A stretch of 64,000 bases of DNA from Eledone cirrhosa (lineage: Eukaryota): assembly GCA_964016885.1 (NCBI GenBank), contig OZ024742.1, positions 368,156,001 through 368,220,000 of the forward strand, written 5' to 3'. The notes below the pieces were generated by a model that saw only the letters and a list, made by a program, of their open reading frames with translations, was not told the origin of the DNA and searched no databases. Positions 1 through 15,000 of the stretch are shown in pieces; positions within the stretch are counted from its first letter, which is position 1; every line of letters begins with the position of its first letter. Made by a program: the position numbers and the translations under genes.

Positions 1-3000
1 TGTCAGTGAGAGAGTGGTTTACTATGTTGTGTCAGTGAGAGAGTGGTTTACTATGTTGTGTCTGTGAGAGAGTGGTTTACTATGTTGTGTCAGTGAGAGA
101 GTGGTTTACTATGTTGTGTCAGTGAGAGAGTGGTTTACTATGTTGTGTCAGTGAGAGAGTGGTTTCCTATGTTGTGTCAGTGAGAGGGTGGTTTACTATG
201 TTGTGTCTGTGAGAGAGTGGTTTACTATGTTGTGTCAGTGAGAGAGTGGTTTACTATGTTGTGTCAGTGAGAGAGTGGTTTACTATGTTGTGTCAGTGAG
301 AGAGTGGTTTACTATGTTGTGTCTGTGAGAGAGTGGTTTACTATGTTGTGTCAGTGAGAGAGTGGTTTACTATGTTGTGTCAGTGAGAGAGTGGTTTACT
401 ACGTTGTGTCAGTGAGTGGTTTACTATGTTGTGTCAGTGAGAGAGTGGTTTACTATGTTGTATCAGTGAGTGGTTTACTATGCTGTGTCAGTGAGAGGAT
501 GGTTTACTATGTTGTGTCAGTGAGAGAGTGGTTTACTATGTTGTGTCAGTGAGTGGTTTACTATGTTGTGTCAGTGAGAGAGTGGTTTACTATGTTGTGT
601 CAGTGAGAGAGTGGTTTACTATGTTGTGTCAGTGAGTGGTTTACTATGCTGTGTCAGTGAGAGAGTGGTTTACTATGTTGTGTCAGTGAGAGAGTGGTTT
701 ACTATGTTGCGTCAGTGAGAGAGTGGTTTACTATGTTGTGTCAGTGAGTGGTTTACTATGCTGTGTCAGTGAGAGAGTGGTTTACTATGTTGTGTCAGTG
801 AGAGAGTGGTTTACTATGTTGTGTCAGTGAGAGAGTGGTTTACTATGTTGTGTCAGTGAGAGAGTGGTTTACTATGTTGTGTCAGTGAGAGAGTGGTTTA
901 CTATGTTTTTTCAGTGAGAGAGTGGTTTTCTATGTTGTGTCAGTGAGAGAGTGGTTTACTATGTTGTGTCAGTGAGAGAGTGGTTTACTATGTTGTGTCT
1001 CTGAGAGAGTGGTTTACTATGTTGTGTCAGTGAGAGAGTGGTTTACTATGTTGTGTCAGTGAGAGAGTGGTTTACTATGTTGTGTCAGTGAGAGAGTGGT
1101 TTACTATGTTGTGTCAGTGAGAGGGTGGTTTACTATGTTGTGTCTGTGAGAGAGTGGTTTACTATGTTGTGTCAGTGAGAGAGTGGTTTACTATGTTGTG
1201 TCAGTGAGAGAGTGGTTTACTATGTTGTGTCAGTGAGAGAGTGGTTTACTATGTTGTGTCTGTGAGAGAGTGGTTTACTATGTTGTGTCAGTGAGAGAGT
1301 GGTTTACTATGTTGTGTCAGTGAGAGAGTGGTTTACTATGTTGTGTCAGTAAGTGGTTTACTATGTTGTGTCAGTGAGAGAGTGGTTTACTATGTTGTGT
1401 CAGTGAGAGAGTGGTTTACTATGTTGTGTCAGTGAGAGAGTGGTTCACTATGTTGTGTCAGTGAGTGGTTTACTATGTTGTGTCAGTGAGTGGTTTACTA
1501 TGTTGTGTCAGTGAGAGAGTGGTTTACTATGTTGTGTCAGTGAGTGGTTTACTATGTTGTGTCAGTGAGAGAGTGGTTTACTATGTTGTGTCAGTGAGTG
1601 GTTTACTATGTTGTGTCAGTGAGTGAGTGGTTTACTATGTTGTGTCAGTGAGAGAGTGGTTTACTATGTTGTGTCAGTGAGTGGTTTACTATGTTGTGTC
1701 AGTGAGTGGTTTACTATGTTGTGTCAGTGAGTGGTTTACTATGTTGTGTCAGTGAGAGAGTGGTTTACTATGTTGTATCAGTGAGTGGTTTACTATGTTG
1801 TGTCAGTGAGTGGTTTACTATGTTGTGTCAGTGAGTGGTTTACTATGTTGTGTCAGTGAGTGGTTTACTATGTTGTGTCAGTGAGAGAGTGGTTTACTAT
1901 GTTGTGTCAGTGAGTGGTTTACTATGTTGTGTCAGTGAGTGGTTTACTATGTTGTGTCAGTGAGTGGTTTACTATGTTGTGTCAGTGAGTGGTTTACTAT
2001 GTTGTGTCAGTGAGAGAGTGGTTTACTATGTTGTGTCAGTGAGTGGTTTACTATGTTGTGTCAGTGAGTGGTTTACTATGTTGTGTCAGTGAGAGAGTGG
2101 TTTACTATGTTGTGTCAGTGAGTGGTTTACTATGATGTGTCAGTGAGTGCTTTACTATGTTGTGTCAGTGAGTGGTTTACTATGTTGTGTCAGTGAGAGA
2201 GTGGTTTACTATGTTGTGTCAGTGAGTGGTTTACTATGTTGTGTCAGTGAGTGGTTTACTATGTTGTGTCAGTGAGAGAGTGGTTTACTATGTTGTGTCA
2301 GTGAGTGGTTTACTATGTTGTGTCAGTGAGTGGTTTACTATGTTGTGTCAGTGAGTGGTTTACTATGTTGTGTCAGTGAGTGGTTTACTATGTTGTGTCA
2401 GTGAGAGAGTGGTTTACTATGTTGTGTCAGTGAGTGGTTTACTATGTTGTGTCAGTGAGTGGTTTACTATGTTGTGTCAGTGAGTGGTTTACTATGTTGT
2501 GTCAGTGAGAGAGTGGTTTACTATGTTGTGTCAGTGAGTGGTTTACTATGTTGTGTCAGTGAGTGGTTTACTATGTTGTGTCAGTGAGTGGTTTACTATG
2601 TTGTGTCAGTGAGTGGTTTACTATGTTGTGTCAGTGAGAGAGTGGTTTACTATTTTGTGTCAATGAGTGGTTTACTATGTTGTGTCAGTGAGAGAGTGGT
2701 TTACTATGTTGTGTCAGTCAGAGAGTGGTTTACTATGTTGTGTCAGTGAGAGAGTGGTTTACTATGTTGTGTCAGTGAGTGGTTTACTATGTTGTGTCAG
2801 TGAGAGAGTGGTTTACTATGTTGTGTCAGTGAGTGGTTTACTATGTTGTGTCAGTGAGTGGTTTACTATGTTGTGTCAGTGAGAGGGTGGTTTACTATGT
2901 TGTGTCAGTGAGAGAGTGGTTTACTATGTTGTGTCAGTGAGAGAGTGGTTTACTATGTTGTGTCAGTGAGAGAGTGGTTTACTATGTTGTGTCAGTGAGT

Positions 3001-6000
3001 GGTTTACTATGTTGTGTCAGTGAGTGGTTTACTATGTTGTGTCAGTGAGAGGGTGGTTTACTATGTTGTGTCAGTGAGAGAGTGGTTTACTATGTTGTGT
3101 CAGTGAGAGAGTGGTTTACTATGTTGTGTCAGTGAGTGGTTTACTATGTTGTGTCAGTGAGTGGTTTACTATGTTGTGTCAGTGAGAGGGTGGTTTACTA
3201 TGTTGTGTCAGTGAGAGAGTGGTTTACTATGTTGTGTCAGTGAGAGAGTGGTTTACTATGTTGTGTCTGTGAGTGGTATACTATGTTGTGTCAGTGAGTG
3301 GTTTACTATGTTGAGTCAGTGAGTCGTTTACTATGTTGTGTCAGTGAGAGAGTGGTTTACTATGTTGTGTCTGTGAGAGAGTGGTTTACTATGTTGTGTC
3401 AGTGAGTGGTTTACTATGTTGTGTCAGTGAGAGAGTGGTTTACTATGTTGTGTCAGTGAGTGGTTTACTATGTTGTGTCAGTGAGAGAGTGGTTTACTAT
3501 GTTGTGTCAGTGAGTGGTTTACTATGTTGTGTCAGTGAGTGGTTTACTATGTTGTGTCAGTGAGAGAGTGGTTTACTATGTTGTGTCAGTGAGAGAGTGG
3601 TTTACTATGTTGTGTCAGTGAGTGGTTTACTATGTTGTGTCAGTGAGTGGTTTACTATGTTGTGTCAGTGAGTGGTTTACTATGTTGTGTCAGTGAGTGG
3701 TTTACTATGTTGTGTCAGTGAGAGAGTGGTTTACTATGTTGTGTCAGTGAGACAGTGGTTTACTATGTTGTGTCAGTGAGAGAGTGGTTTACTATGTTGT
3801 GTCAGTGAGTGGTTTACTATGTTGTGTCAGTGAGAGAGTGGTTTACTATTTTGTGTCAATGAGTGGTTAACTATGTTGTGTCAGTGAGAGAGTGGTTTAC
3901 TATGTTGTGTCAGTCAGAGAGTGGTTTACTATGTTGTGTCAGTGAGAGAGTGGTTTACTATGTTGTGTCAGTGAGTGGTCTACTATGTTGTGTCAGTGAG
4001 AGAGTGGTTTACTATGTTGTGTCTGTGAGAGAGTGGTTTACTATGTTGTGTCAGTGAGAGAGTGGTTTACTATGTTGTGTCAGTGAGAGAGTGGTTTACT
4101 ATGTTGTGTCAGTGAGAGAGTGGTTTACTATGTTGTGTCAGTGAGTGGTTTACTATGTTGTGTCAGTGAGTGGTTTACTATGTTGTGTCAGTGAGAGGGT
4201 GGTTTACTATGTTGTGTCAGTGAGAGAGTGGTTTACTATGTTGTGTCAGTGAGAGAGTGGTTTACTATGTTGTGTCAGTGAGTGGTTTACTATGTTGTGT
4301 CAGTGAGTGGTTTACTATGTTGTGTCAGTGAGAGGGTGGTTTACTATGTTGTGTCAGTGAGAGAGTGGTTTACTATGTTGTGTCAGTGAGAGAGTGGTTT
4401 ACTATGTTGTGTCTGTGAGTGGTATACTATGTTGTGTCAGTGAGTGGTTTACTATGTTGAGTCAGTGAGTGGTTTACTATGTTGTGTCAGTGAGAGAGTG
4501 GTTTACTATGTTGTGTCAGTGAGAGAGTGGTTTACTATGTTGTGTCAGTGAGTGGTTTACTATGTTGTGTCAGTGAGTGGTTTACTATGTTGTGTCAGTG
4601 AGAGAGTGGTTTACTATGTTGTGTCAGTGAGAGAGTGGTTTACTATGTTGTGTCAGTGAGTAGTTTACTATGTTGTGTCAGTGAGTGGTTTACTATGTTG
4701 TGTCAGTGAGTGGTTTACTATGTTGTGTCAGTGAGTGGTTTACTATGTTGTGTCAGTGAGAGAGTGGTTTACTATGTTGTGTCAGTGAGACAGTGGTTTA
4801 CTATGTTGTGTCAGTGAGAGAGTGGTTTACTATGTTGTGTCAGTGAGAGAGTGGTTTACTATGTTGTGTCAGTGAGTGGTTTACTATGTTGTGTCAGTGA
4901 GTGGTTTACTATGTTGTGTCAGTGAGTGGTTTACTATGTTATGTCAGTGAGTGGTTTACTATGTTGTGCCAGTGAGAGAGTGGTTTACTATGTTGTGTCA
5001 GTGAGAGAGTGGTTTACTATGTTGTGTCAGTGAGAGAGTGGTTTACTATGTTGTGTCAGTGAGTGGTTTTCCATGTTGTGTCAGTGAGTGGTTTACTATG
5101 TTGTGTCAGTGAGAGGGTGGTTTACTATGTTGTGTCAGTGAGTGGTTTACTATGTTGTGTCAGTGAGTGGTTTACTATGTTGTGTCAGTGAGAGGGTGGT
5201 TTACTATGTTGTGTCAGTGAGAGAGTGGTTTACTATGTTGTGTCAGTGAGAGAGTGGTTTACTATGTTGTGTCAGTGAGTGGTTTACTATGTTGTGTCAG
5301 TGAGTGGTTTACTATGTTGTGTCAGTGAGAGGGTGGTTTACTATGTTGTGTCAGTGAGAGAGTGGTTTACTATGTTGTGTCAGTGAGAGAGTGGTTTACT
5401 ATGTTGTGTCTGTGAGTGGTATACTATGTTGTGTCAGTGAGTGGTTTACTATGTTGAGTCAGTGAGTCGTTTACTATGTTGTGTCAGTGAGAGAGTGGTT
5501 TACTATGTTGTGTCTGTGAGAGAGTGGTTTACTATGTTGTGTCAGTGAGTGGTTTACTATGTTGTGTCAGTGAGAGAGTGGTTTACTATGTTGTGTCAGT
5601 GAGTGGTTTACTATGTTGTGTCAGTGAGAGAGTGGTTTACTATGTTGTGTCAGTGAGTGGTTTACTATGTTGTGTCAGTGAGTGGTTTACTATGTTGTGT
5701 CAGTGAGAGAGTGGTTTACTATGTTGTGTCAGTGAGAGAGTGGTTTACTATGTTGTGTCAGTGAGTGGTTTACTATGTTGTGTCAGTGACTGGTTTACTA
5801 TGTTGTGTCAGTGAGTGGTTTACTATGTTGTGTCAGTGAGTGGTTTACTATGTTGTGTCAGTGAGAGAGTGGTTTACTATGTTGTGTCAGTGAGACAGTG
5901 GTTTACTATGTTGTGTCAGTGAGAGAGTGGTTTACTATGTTGTGTCAGTGAGTGGTTTACTATGTTGTGTCAGTGAGTGGTTTACTATGTTGTGTCAGTG

Positions 6001-9000
6001 AGTGGTTTACTATGTTGTGTCAGTGAGAGTGTGGTTTACTATTTTGTGTCAATGAGTGGTTAACTATGTTGTGTCAGTGAGAGAGTGGTTTACTATGTTG
6101 TGTCAGTCAGAGAGTGGTTTACTATGTTGTGTCAGTGAGAGAGTGGTTTACTATGTTGTGTCAGTGAGTGGTTTACTATGTTGTGTCAGTGAGAGAGTGG
6201 TTTACTATGTTGTGTCTGTGAGAGAGTGGTTTACTATGTTGTGTCAGTGAGAGAGTGGTTTACTATGTTGTGTCAGTGAGAGAGTGGTTTACTATGTTGT
6301 GTCAGTGAGAGAGTGGTTTACTATGTTGTGTCAGTGAGTGGTTTACTATGTTGTGTCAGTGAGTGGTTTACTATGTTGTGTCAGTGAGAGGGTGGTTTAC
6401 TATGTTGTGTCAGTGAGAGAGTGGTTTACTATGTTGTATCAGTGAGAGAGTGGTTTACTATGTTGTGTCAGTGAGTGGTTTACTATGTTGTGTCAGTGAG
6501 TGGTTTACTATGTTGTGTCAGTGAGAGGGTGGTTTACTATGTTGTGTCAGTGAGAGAGTGGTTTACTATGTTGTGTCAGTGAGAGAGTGGTTTACTATGT
6601 TGTGTCTGTGAGTGGTATACTATGTTGTGTCAGTGAGTGGTTTACTATGTTGAGTCAGTGAGTGGTTTACTATGTTGTGTCAGTGAGAGAGTGGTTTACT
6701 ATGTTGTGTCAGTGAGTGGTTTACTATGTTGTGTCAGTGAGAGAGTGGTTTACTATGTTGTGTCAGTGAGTGGTTTACTATGTTGTGTCAGTGAGTGGTT
6801 TACTATGTTGTGTCAGTGAGAGAGTGGTTTACTATGTTGTGTCAGTGAGAGAGTGGTTTACTATGTTGTGTCAGTGAGTAGTTTACTATGTTGTGTCAGT
6901 GAGTGGTTTACTATGTTGTGTCAGTGAGTGGTTTACTATGTTGTGTCAGTGAGTGGTTTACTATGTTGTGTCAGTGAGAGAGTGGTTTACTATGTTGTGT
7001 CAGTGAGACAGTGGTTTACTATGTTGTGTCAGTGAGAGAGTGGTTTACTATGTTGTGTCAGTGAGAGAGTGGTTTACTATGTTGTGTCAGTGAGTGGTTT
7101 ACTATGTTGTGTCAGTGAGTGGTTTACTATGTTGTGTCAGTGAGTGGTTTACTATGTTATGTCAGTGAGTGGTTTACTATGTTGTGTCAGTGAGAGAGTG
7201 GTTTACTATGTTGTGTCAGTGAGAGAGTGGTTTACTATGTTGTGTCAGTGAGTGGTTTACTATGCTGTGTCAGTGAGAGAGTGGTTTACTATGTTGTGTC
7301 AGTGAGAGAGTGGTTTACTATGTTGTGTCAGTGAGAGAGTGGTTTACTATGTTGTGTCAGTGAGAGAGTGGTTTACTATGTTGTGTCAGTGAGAGAGTGG
7401 TTTACTATGTTGTGTCAGTGAGTGGTTTTCCATGTTGTGTCAGTGAGTGGTTTACTATGTTGTGTCAGTGAGAGGGTGGTTTACTATGTTGTGTCAGTGA
7501 GAGAGTGGTTTACTATGTTGTGTCAGTGAGTGGTTTACTATGTTGTGTCAGTGAGAGAGTGGTTTACTATGTTGTGTCAGTGAGTGGTTTACTATGTTGT
7601 GTCAGTGAGAGAGTGGTTTACTATGTTGTGTCAGTGAGAGAGTGGTTTACTATGTTGTGTCAGTGAGAGAGTGGTTTACTATGTTGTGTCAGTGAGAGAG
7701 TGGTTTACTATGTTGTGTCAGTGAGAGAGTGGTTTACTATGTTGTGTCAGTGAGTGGTTTACTATGTTGTGTCAGTGAGTGGTTTACTATGTTGTGTCAG
7801 TGAGAGAGTGGTTTACTATGTTGTGTCAGTGAGTGGTTTACTATGTTGTGTCAGTGAGAGAGTGGTTTACTATGTTGTGTCAGTGAGAGAGTGGTTTACT
7901 ATGTTGTGTCAGTGAGAGAGTGGTTTACTATGTTGTGTCAGTGAGTGGTTTACTATGTTGTGTCAGTGAGTGGTTTACTATGTTGTGTCAGTGAGAGAGT
8001 GGTTTACTATGTTGTGTCAGTGAGAGGGTGGTTTACTATGTTGTGTCAGTGAGAGAGTGGTTTACTATGTTGTGTCAGTGAGTGGTTTACTATGTTGTGT
8101 CAGTGAGTGGTTTACTATGTTGTGTCAGTGAGAAAGTGGTTTACTATGTTGTGTCAGTGAGAGAGTGGTTTACTATGTTGTGTCAGTGAGTGGTTTACTA
8201 TGTTGTGTCAGTGAGAGAGTGGTTTACTATGTTGTGTCAGTGAGAGAGTGCTTTACTATGTTGTGTCAGTGAGTGGTTTACTATGTTGTGTCAGTGAGAG
8301 AGTGGTTTACTATGTTGTGTCAGTGAGAGAGTGGTTTACTATGTTGTGTCAGTGAGTGGTTTACTATGTTGTGTCAGTGAGTGGTTTACTATGTTGTGTC
8401 AGTGAGTGGTTTACTATGTTGTGTCAGTGAGTGGTTTACTATGTTGTGTCAGTGAGAGAGTGGTTTACTATTTTGTGTCAATGAGTGGTTTACTATGTTG
8501 TGTCAGTGAGAGAGTGGTTTACTATGTTGTGTCAGTCAGAGAGTGGTTTACTATGTTGTGTCAGTGAGAGAGTGGTTTACTATGTTGTGTCAGTGAGTGG
8601 TTTACTATGTTGTGTCAGTGAGAGAGTGGTTTACTATGTTGTGTCTGTGAGAGAGTGGTTTACTATGTTGTGTCAGTGAGAGAGTGGTTTACTATGTTGT
8701 GTCAGTGAGAGAGTGGTTTACTATGTTGTGTCAGTGAGAGAGTGGTTTACTATGTTGTGTCAGTGAGTGGTTTACTATGTTGTGTCAGTGAGTGGTTTAC
8801 TATGTTGTGTCAGTGAGAGGGTGGTTTACTATGTTGTGTCAGTGAGAGAGTGGTTTACTATGTTGTGTCAGTGAGAGAGTGGTTTACTATGTTGTGTCAG
8901 TGAGTGGTTTACTATGTTGTGTCAGTGAGTGGTTTACTATGTTGTGTCAGTGAGAGGGTGGTTTACTATGTTGTGTCAGTGAGAGAGTGGTTTACTATGT

Positions 9001-12000
9001 TGTGTCAGCGAGAGAGTGGTTTACTATGTTGTGTCTGTGAGTGGTAAACTATGTTGTGTCAGTGAGTGGTTTACTATGTTGAGTCAGTGAGTCGTTTACT
9101 ATGTTGTGTCAGTGAGAGAGTGGTTTACTATGTTGTGTCTGTGAGAGAGTGGTTTACTATGTTGTGTCAGTGAGTGGTTTACTATGTTGTGTCAGTGAGA
9201 GAGTGGTTTACTATGTTGTGTCAGTGAGTGGTTTACTATGTTGTGTCAGTGAGAGAGTGGTTTACTATGTTGTGTCAGTGAGTGGTTTACTATGTTGTGT
9301 CAGTGAGTGGTTTACTATGTTGTGTCAGTGAGAGAGTGGTTTACTATGTTGTGTCAGTGAGAGAGTGGTTTACTATGTTGTGTCAGTGAGTGGTTTACTA
9401 TGTTGTGTCAGTGAGTGGTTTACTATGTTGTGTCAGTGAGTGGTTTACTATGTTGTGTCAGTGAGTGGTTTACTATGTTGTGTCAGTGAGAGAGTGGTTT
9501 ACTATGTTGTGTCAGTGAGACAGTGGTTTACTATGTTGTGTCAGTGAGAGAGTGGTTTACTATGTTGTGTCAGTGAGTGGTTTACTATGTTGTGTCAGTG
9601 AGAGAGTGGTTTACTATTTTGTGTCAATGAGTGGTTAACTATGTTGTGTCAGTGAGAGAGTGGTTTACTATGTTGTGTCAGTCAGAGAGTGGTTTACTAT
9701 GTTGTGTCAGTGAGAGAGTGGTTTACTATGTTGTGTCAGTGAGTGGTCTACTATGTTGTGTCAGTGAGAGAGTGGTTTACTATGTTGTGTCTGTGAGAGA
9801 GTGGTTTACTATGTTGTGTCAGTGAGAGAGTGGTTTACTATGTTGTGTCAGTGAGAGAGTGGTTTACTATGTTGTGTCAGTGAGAGAGTGGTTTACTATG
9901 TTGTGTCAGTGAGTGGTTTACTATGTTGTGTCAGTGAGTGGTTTACTATGTTGTGTCAGTGAGAGGGTGGTTTACTATGTTGTGTCAGTGAGAGAGTGGT
10001 TTACTATGTTGTGTCAGTGAGAGAGTGGTTTACTATGTTGTGTCAGTGAGTGGTTTACTATGTTGTGTCAGTGAGTGGTTTACTATGTTGTGTCAGTGAG
10101 AGGGTGGTTTACTATGTTGTGTCAGTGAGAGAGTGGTTTACTATGTTGTGTCAGTGAGAGAGTGGTTTACTATGTTGTGTCTGTGAGTGGTATACTATGT
10201 TGTGTCAGTGAGTGGTTTACTATGTTGAGTCAGTGAGTGGTTTACTATGTTGTGTCAGTGAGAGAGTGGTTTACTATGTTGTGTCAGTGAGAGAGTGGTT
10301 TACTATGTTGTGTCAGTGAGTGGTTTACTATGTTGTGTCAGTGAGTGGTTTACTATGTTGTGTCAGTGAGAGAGTGGTTTACTATGTTGTGTCAGTGAGA
10401 GAGTGGTTTACTATGTTGTGTCAGTGAGTAGTTTACTATGTTGTGTCAGTGAGTGGTTTACTATGTTGTGTCAGTGAGTGGTTTACTATGTTGTGTCAGT
10501 GAGTGGTTTACTATGTTGTGTCAGTGAGAGAGTGGTTTACTATGTTGTGTCAGTGAGACAGTGGTTTACTATGTTGTGTCAGTGAGAGAGTGGTTTACTA
10601 TGTTGTGTCAGTGAGAGAGTGGTTTACTATGTTGTGTCAGTGAGTGGTTTACTATGTTGTGTCAGTGAGTGGTTTACTATGTTGTGTCAGTGAGTGGTTT
10701 ACTATGTTATGTCAGTGAGTGGTTTACTATGTTGTGCCAGTGAGAGAGTGGTTTACTATGTTGTGTCAGTGAGAGAGTGGTTTACTATGTTGTGTCAGTG
10801 AGAGAGTGGTTTACTATGTTGTGTCAGTGAGTGGTTTTCCATGTTGTGTCAGTGAGTGGTTTACTATGTTGTGTCAGTGAGAGGGTGGTTTACTATGTTG
10901 TGTCAGTGAGTGGTTTACTATGTTGTGTCAGTGAGTGGTTTACTATGTTGTGTCAGTGAGAGGGTGGTTTACTATGTTGTGTCAGTGAGAGAGTGGTTTA
11001 CTATGTTGTGTCAGTGAGAGAGTGGTTTACTATGTTGTGTCAGTGAGTGGTTTACTATGTTGTGTCAGTGAGTGGTTTACTATGTTGTGTCAGTGAGAGG
11101 GTGGTTTACTATGTTGTGTCAGTGAGAGAGTGGTTTACTATGTTGTGTCAGTGAGAGAGTGTTTACTATGTTGTGTCTGTGAGTGGTATACTATGTTGTG
11201 TCAGTGAGTGGTTTACTATGTTGAGTCAGTGAGTCGTTTACTATGTTGTGTCAGTGAGAGAGTGGTTTACTATGTTGTGTCTGTGAGAGAGTGGTTTACT
11301 ATGTTGTGTCAGTGAGTGGTTTACTATGTTGTGTCAGTGAGAGAGTGGTTTACTATGTTGTGTCAGTGAGTGGTTTACTATGTTGTGTCAGTGAGAGAGT
11401 GGTTTACTATGTTGTGTCAGTGAGTGGTTTACTATGTTGTGTCAGTGAGTGGTTTACTATGTTGTGTCAGTGAGAGAGTGGTTTACTATGTTGTGTCAGT
11501 GAGAGAGTGGTTTACTATGTTGTGTCAGTGAGTGGTTTACTATGTTGTGTCAGTGACTGGTTTACTATGTTGTGTCAGTGAGTGGTTTACTATGTTGTGT
11601 CAGTGAGTGGTTTACTATGTTGTGTCAGTGAGAGAGTGGTTTACTATGTTGTGTCAGTGAGACAGTGGTTTACTATGTTGTGTCAGTGAGAGAGTGGTTT
11701 ACTATGTTGTGTCAGTGAGTGGTTTACTATGTTGTGTCAGTGAGTGGTTTACTATGTTGTGTCAGTGAGTGGTTTACTATGTTGTGTCAGTGAGAGTGTG
11801 GTTTACTATTTTGTGTCAATGAGTGGTTAACTATGTTGTGTCAGTGAGAGAGTGGTTTACTATGTTGTGTCAGTCAGAGAGTGGTTTACTATGTTGTGTC
11901 AGTGAGAGAGTGGTTTACTATGTTGTGTCAGTGAGTGGTTTACTATGTTGTGTCAGTGAGAGAGTGGTTTACTATGTTGTGTCTGTGAGAGAGTGGTTTA

Positions 12001-15000
12001 CTATGTTGTGTCAGTGAGAGAGTTGGTTTACTATGTTGTGTCAGTGAGAGAGTGGTTTACTATGTTGTGTCAGTGAGAGAGTGGTTTACTATGTTGTGTC
12101 AGTGAGTGGTTTACTATGTTGTGTCAGTGAGTGGTTTACTATGTTGTGTCAGTGAGAGGGTGGTTTACTATGTTGTGTCAGTGAGAGAGTGGTTTACTAT
12201 GTTGTATCAGTGAGAGAGTGGTTTACTATGTTGTGTCAGTGAGTGGTTTACTATGTTGTGTCAGTGAGTGGTTTACTATGTTGTGTCAGTGAGAGGGTGG
12301 TTTACTATGTTGTGTCAGTGAGAGAGTGGTTTACTATGTTGTGTCAGTGAGAGAGTGGTTTACTATGTTGTGTCTGTGAGTGGTATACTATGTTGTGTCA
12401 GTGAGTGGTTTACTATGTTGAGTCAGTGAGTGGTTTACTATGTTGTGTCAGTGAGAGAGTGGTTTACTATGTTGTGTCAGTGAGTGGTTTACTATGTTGT
12501 GTCAGTGAGAGAGTGGTTACTATGTTGTGTCAGTGAGTGGTTTACTATGTTGTGTCAGTGAGTGGGTTTACTATGTTGTGTCAGTGAGAGAGTGGTTTAC
12601 TATGTTGTGTCAGTGAGAGAGTGGTTTACTATGTTGTGTCAGTGAGTAGTTTACTATGTTGTGTCAGTGAGTGGTTTACTATGTTGTGTCAGTGAGTGGT
12701 TTACTATGTTGTGTCAGTGAGTGGTTTACTATGTTGTGTCAGTGAGAGAGTGGTTTACTATGTTGTGTCAGTGAGACAGTGGTTTACTATGTTGTGTCAG
12801 TGAGAGAGTGGTTTACTATGTTGTGTCAGTGAGAGAGTGGTTTACTATGTTGTGTCAGTGAGTGGTTTACTATGTTGTGTCAGTGAGTGGTTTACTATGT
12901 TGTGTCAGTGAGTGGTTTACTATGTTATGTCAGTGAGTGGTTTACTATGTTGTGTCAGTGAGAGAGTGGTTTACTATGTTGTGTCAGTGAGAGAGTGGTT
13001 TACTATGTTGTGTCAGTGAGTGGTTTACTATGCTGTGTCAGTGAGAGAGTGGTTTACTATGTTGTGTCAGTGAGAGAGTGGTTTACTATGTTGTGTCAGT
13101 GAGAGAGTGGTTTACTATGTTGTGTCAGTGAGAGAGTGGTTTACTATGTTGTGTCAGTGAGAGAGTGGTTTACTATGTTGTGTCAGTGAGTGGTTTTCCA
13201 TGTTGTGTCAGTGAGTGGTTTACTATGTTGTGTCAGTGAGAGGGTGGTTTACTATGTTGTGTCAGTGAGAGAGTGGTTTACTATGTTGTGTCAGTGAGTG
13301 GTTTACTATGTTGTGTCAGTGAGAGAGTGGTTTACTATGTTGTGTCAGTGAGTGGTTTACTATGTTGTGTCAGTGAGAGAGTGGTTTACTATGTTGTGTC
13401 AGTGAGAGAGTGGTTTACTATGTTGTGTCAGTGAGAGAGTGGTTTACTATGTTGTGTCAGTGAGAGAGTGGTTTACTATGTTGTGTCAGTGAGAGAGTGG
13501 TTTACTATGTTGTGTCAGTGAGTGGTTTACTATGTTGTGTCAGAGAGAGTGGTTTACTATGTTGTGTCAGTGAGTGGTTTACTATGATGTGTCAGTGAGT
13601 GCTTTACTATGTTGTGTCAGTGAGTGGTTTACTATGTTGTGTCAGTGAGAGAGTGGTTTACTATGTTGTGTCAGTGAGTGGTTTACTATGTTGTGTCAGT
13701 GAGTGGTTTACTATGTTGTGTCAGTGAGAGAGTGGTTTACTATGTTGTGTCAGTGAGTGGTTTACTATGTTGTGTCAGTGAGTGGTTTACTATGTTGTGT
13801 CAGTGAGTGGTTTACTATGTTCTGTCAGTGAGTGGTTTACTATGTTGTGTCAGTGAGAGAGTGGTTTACTATGTTGTGTCAGTGAGTGGTTTACTATGTT
13901 GTGTCAGTGAGTGGTTTACTATGTTGTGTCAGTGAGAGAGTGGTTTACTATGTTGTGTCAGTGAGTGGTTTACTATGTTGTGTCAGTGAGTGGTTTACTA
14001 TGTTGTGTCAGTGAGTGGTTTACTATGTTGTGTCAGTGAGAGAGTGGTTTACTATGTTGTGTCAGTGAGAGAGTGCTTTACTATGTTGTGTCAGTGAGTG
14101 GTTTACTATGTTGTGTCAGTGAGAGAGTGGTTTACTATGTTGTGTCAGTGAGAGAGTGGTTTACTATGTTGTGTCAGTGAGTGGTTTACTATGTTGTGTC
14201 AGTGAGTGGTTTACTATGTTGTGTCAGTGAGTGGTTTACTATGTTGTGTCAGTGAGTGGTTTACTATGTTGTGTCAGTGAGAGAGTGGTTTACTATTTTG
14301 TGTCAATGAGTGGTTTACTATGTTGTGTCAGTGAGAGAGTGGTTTACTATGTTGTGTCAGTCAGAGAGTGGTTTACTATGTTGTGTCAGTGAGAGAGTGG
14401 TTTACTATGTTGTGTCAGTGAGTGGTTTACTATGTTGTGTCAGTGAGAGAGTGGTTTACTATGTTGTGTCTGTGAGAGAGTGGTTTACTATGTTGTGTCA
14501 GTGAGAGAGTGGTTTACTATGTTGTGTCAGTGAGAGAGTGGTTTACTATGTTGTGTCAGTGAGAGAGTGGTTTACTATGTTGTGTCAGTGAGTGGTTTAC
14601 TATGTTGTGTCAGTGAGTGGTTTACTATGTTGTGTCAGTGAGAGGGTGGTTTACTATGTTGTGTCAGTGAGAGAGTGGTTTACTATGTTGTGTCAGTGAG
14701 AGAGTGGTTTACTATGTTGTGTCAGTGAGTGGTTTACTATGTTGTGTCAGTGAGTGGTTTACTATGTTGTGTCAGTGAGAGGGTGGTTTACTATGTTGTG
14801 TCAGTGAGAGAGTGGTTTACTATGTTGTGTCAGCGAGAGAGTGGTTTACTATGTTGTGTCTGTGAGTGGTAAACTATGTTGTGTCAGTGAGTGGTTTACT
14901 ATGTTGAGTCAGTGAGTGGTTTACTATGTTGTGTCAGTGAGAGAGTGGTTTACTATGTTGTGTCTGTGAGAGAGTGGTTTACTATGTTGTGTCAGTGAGT

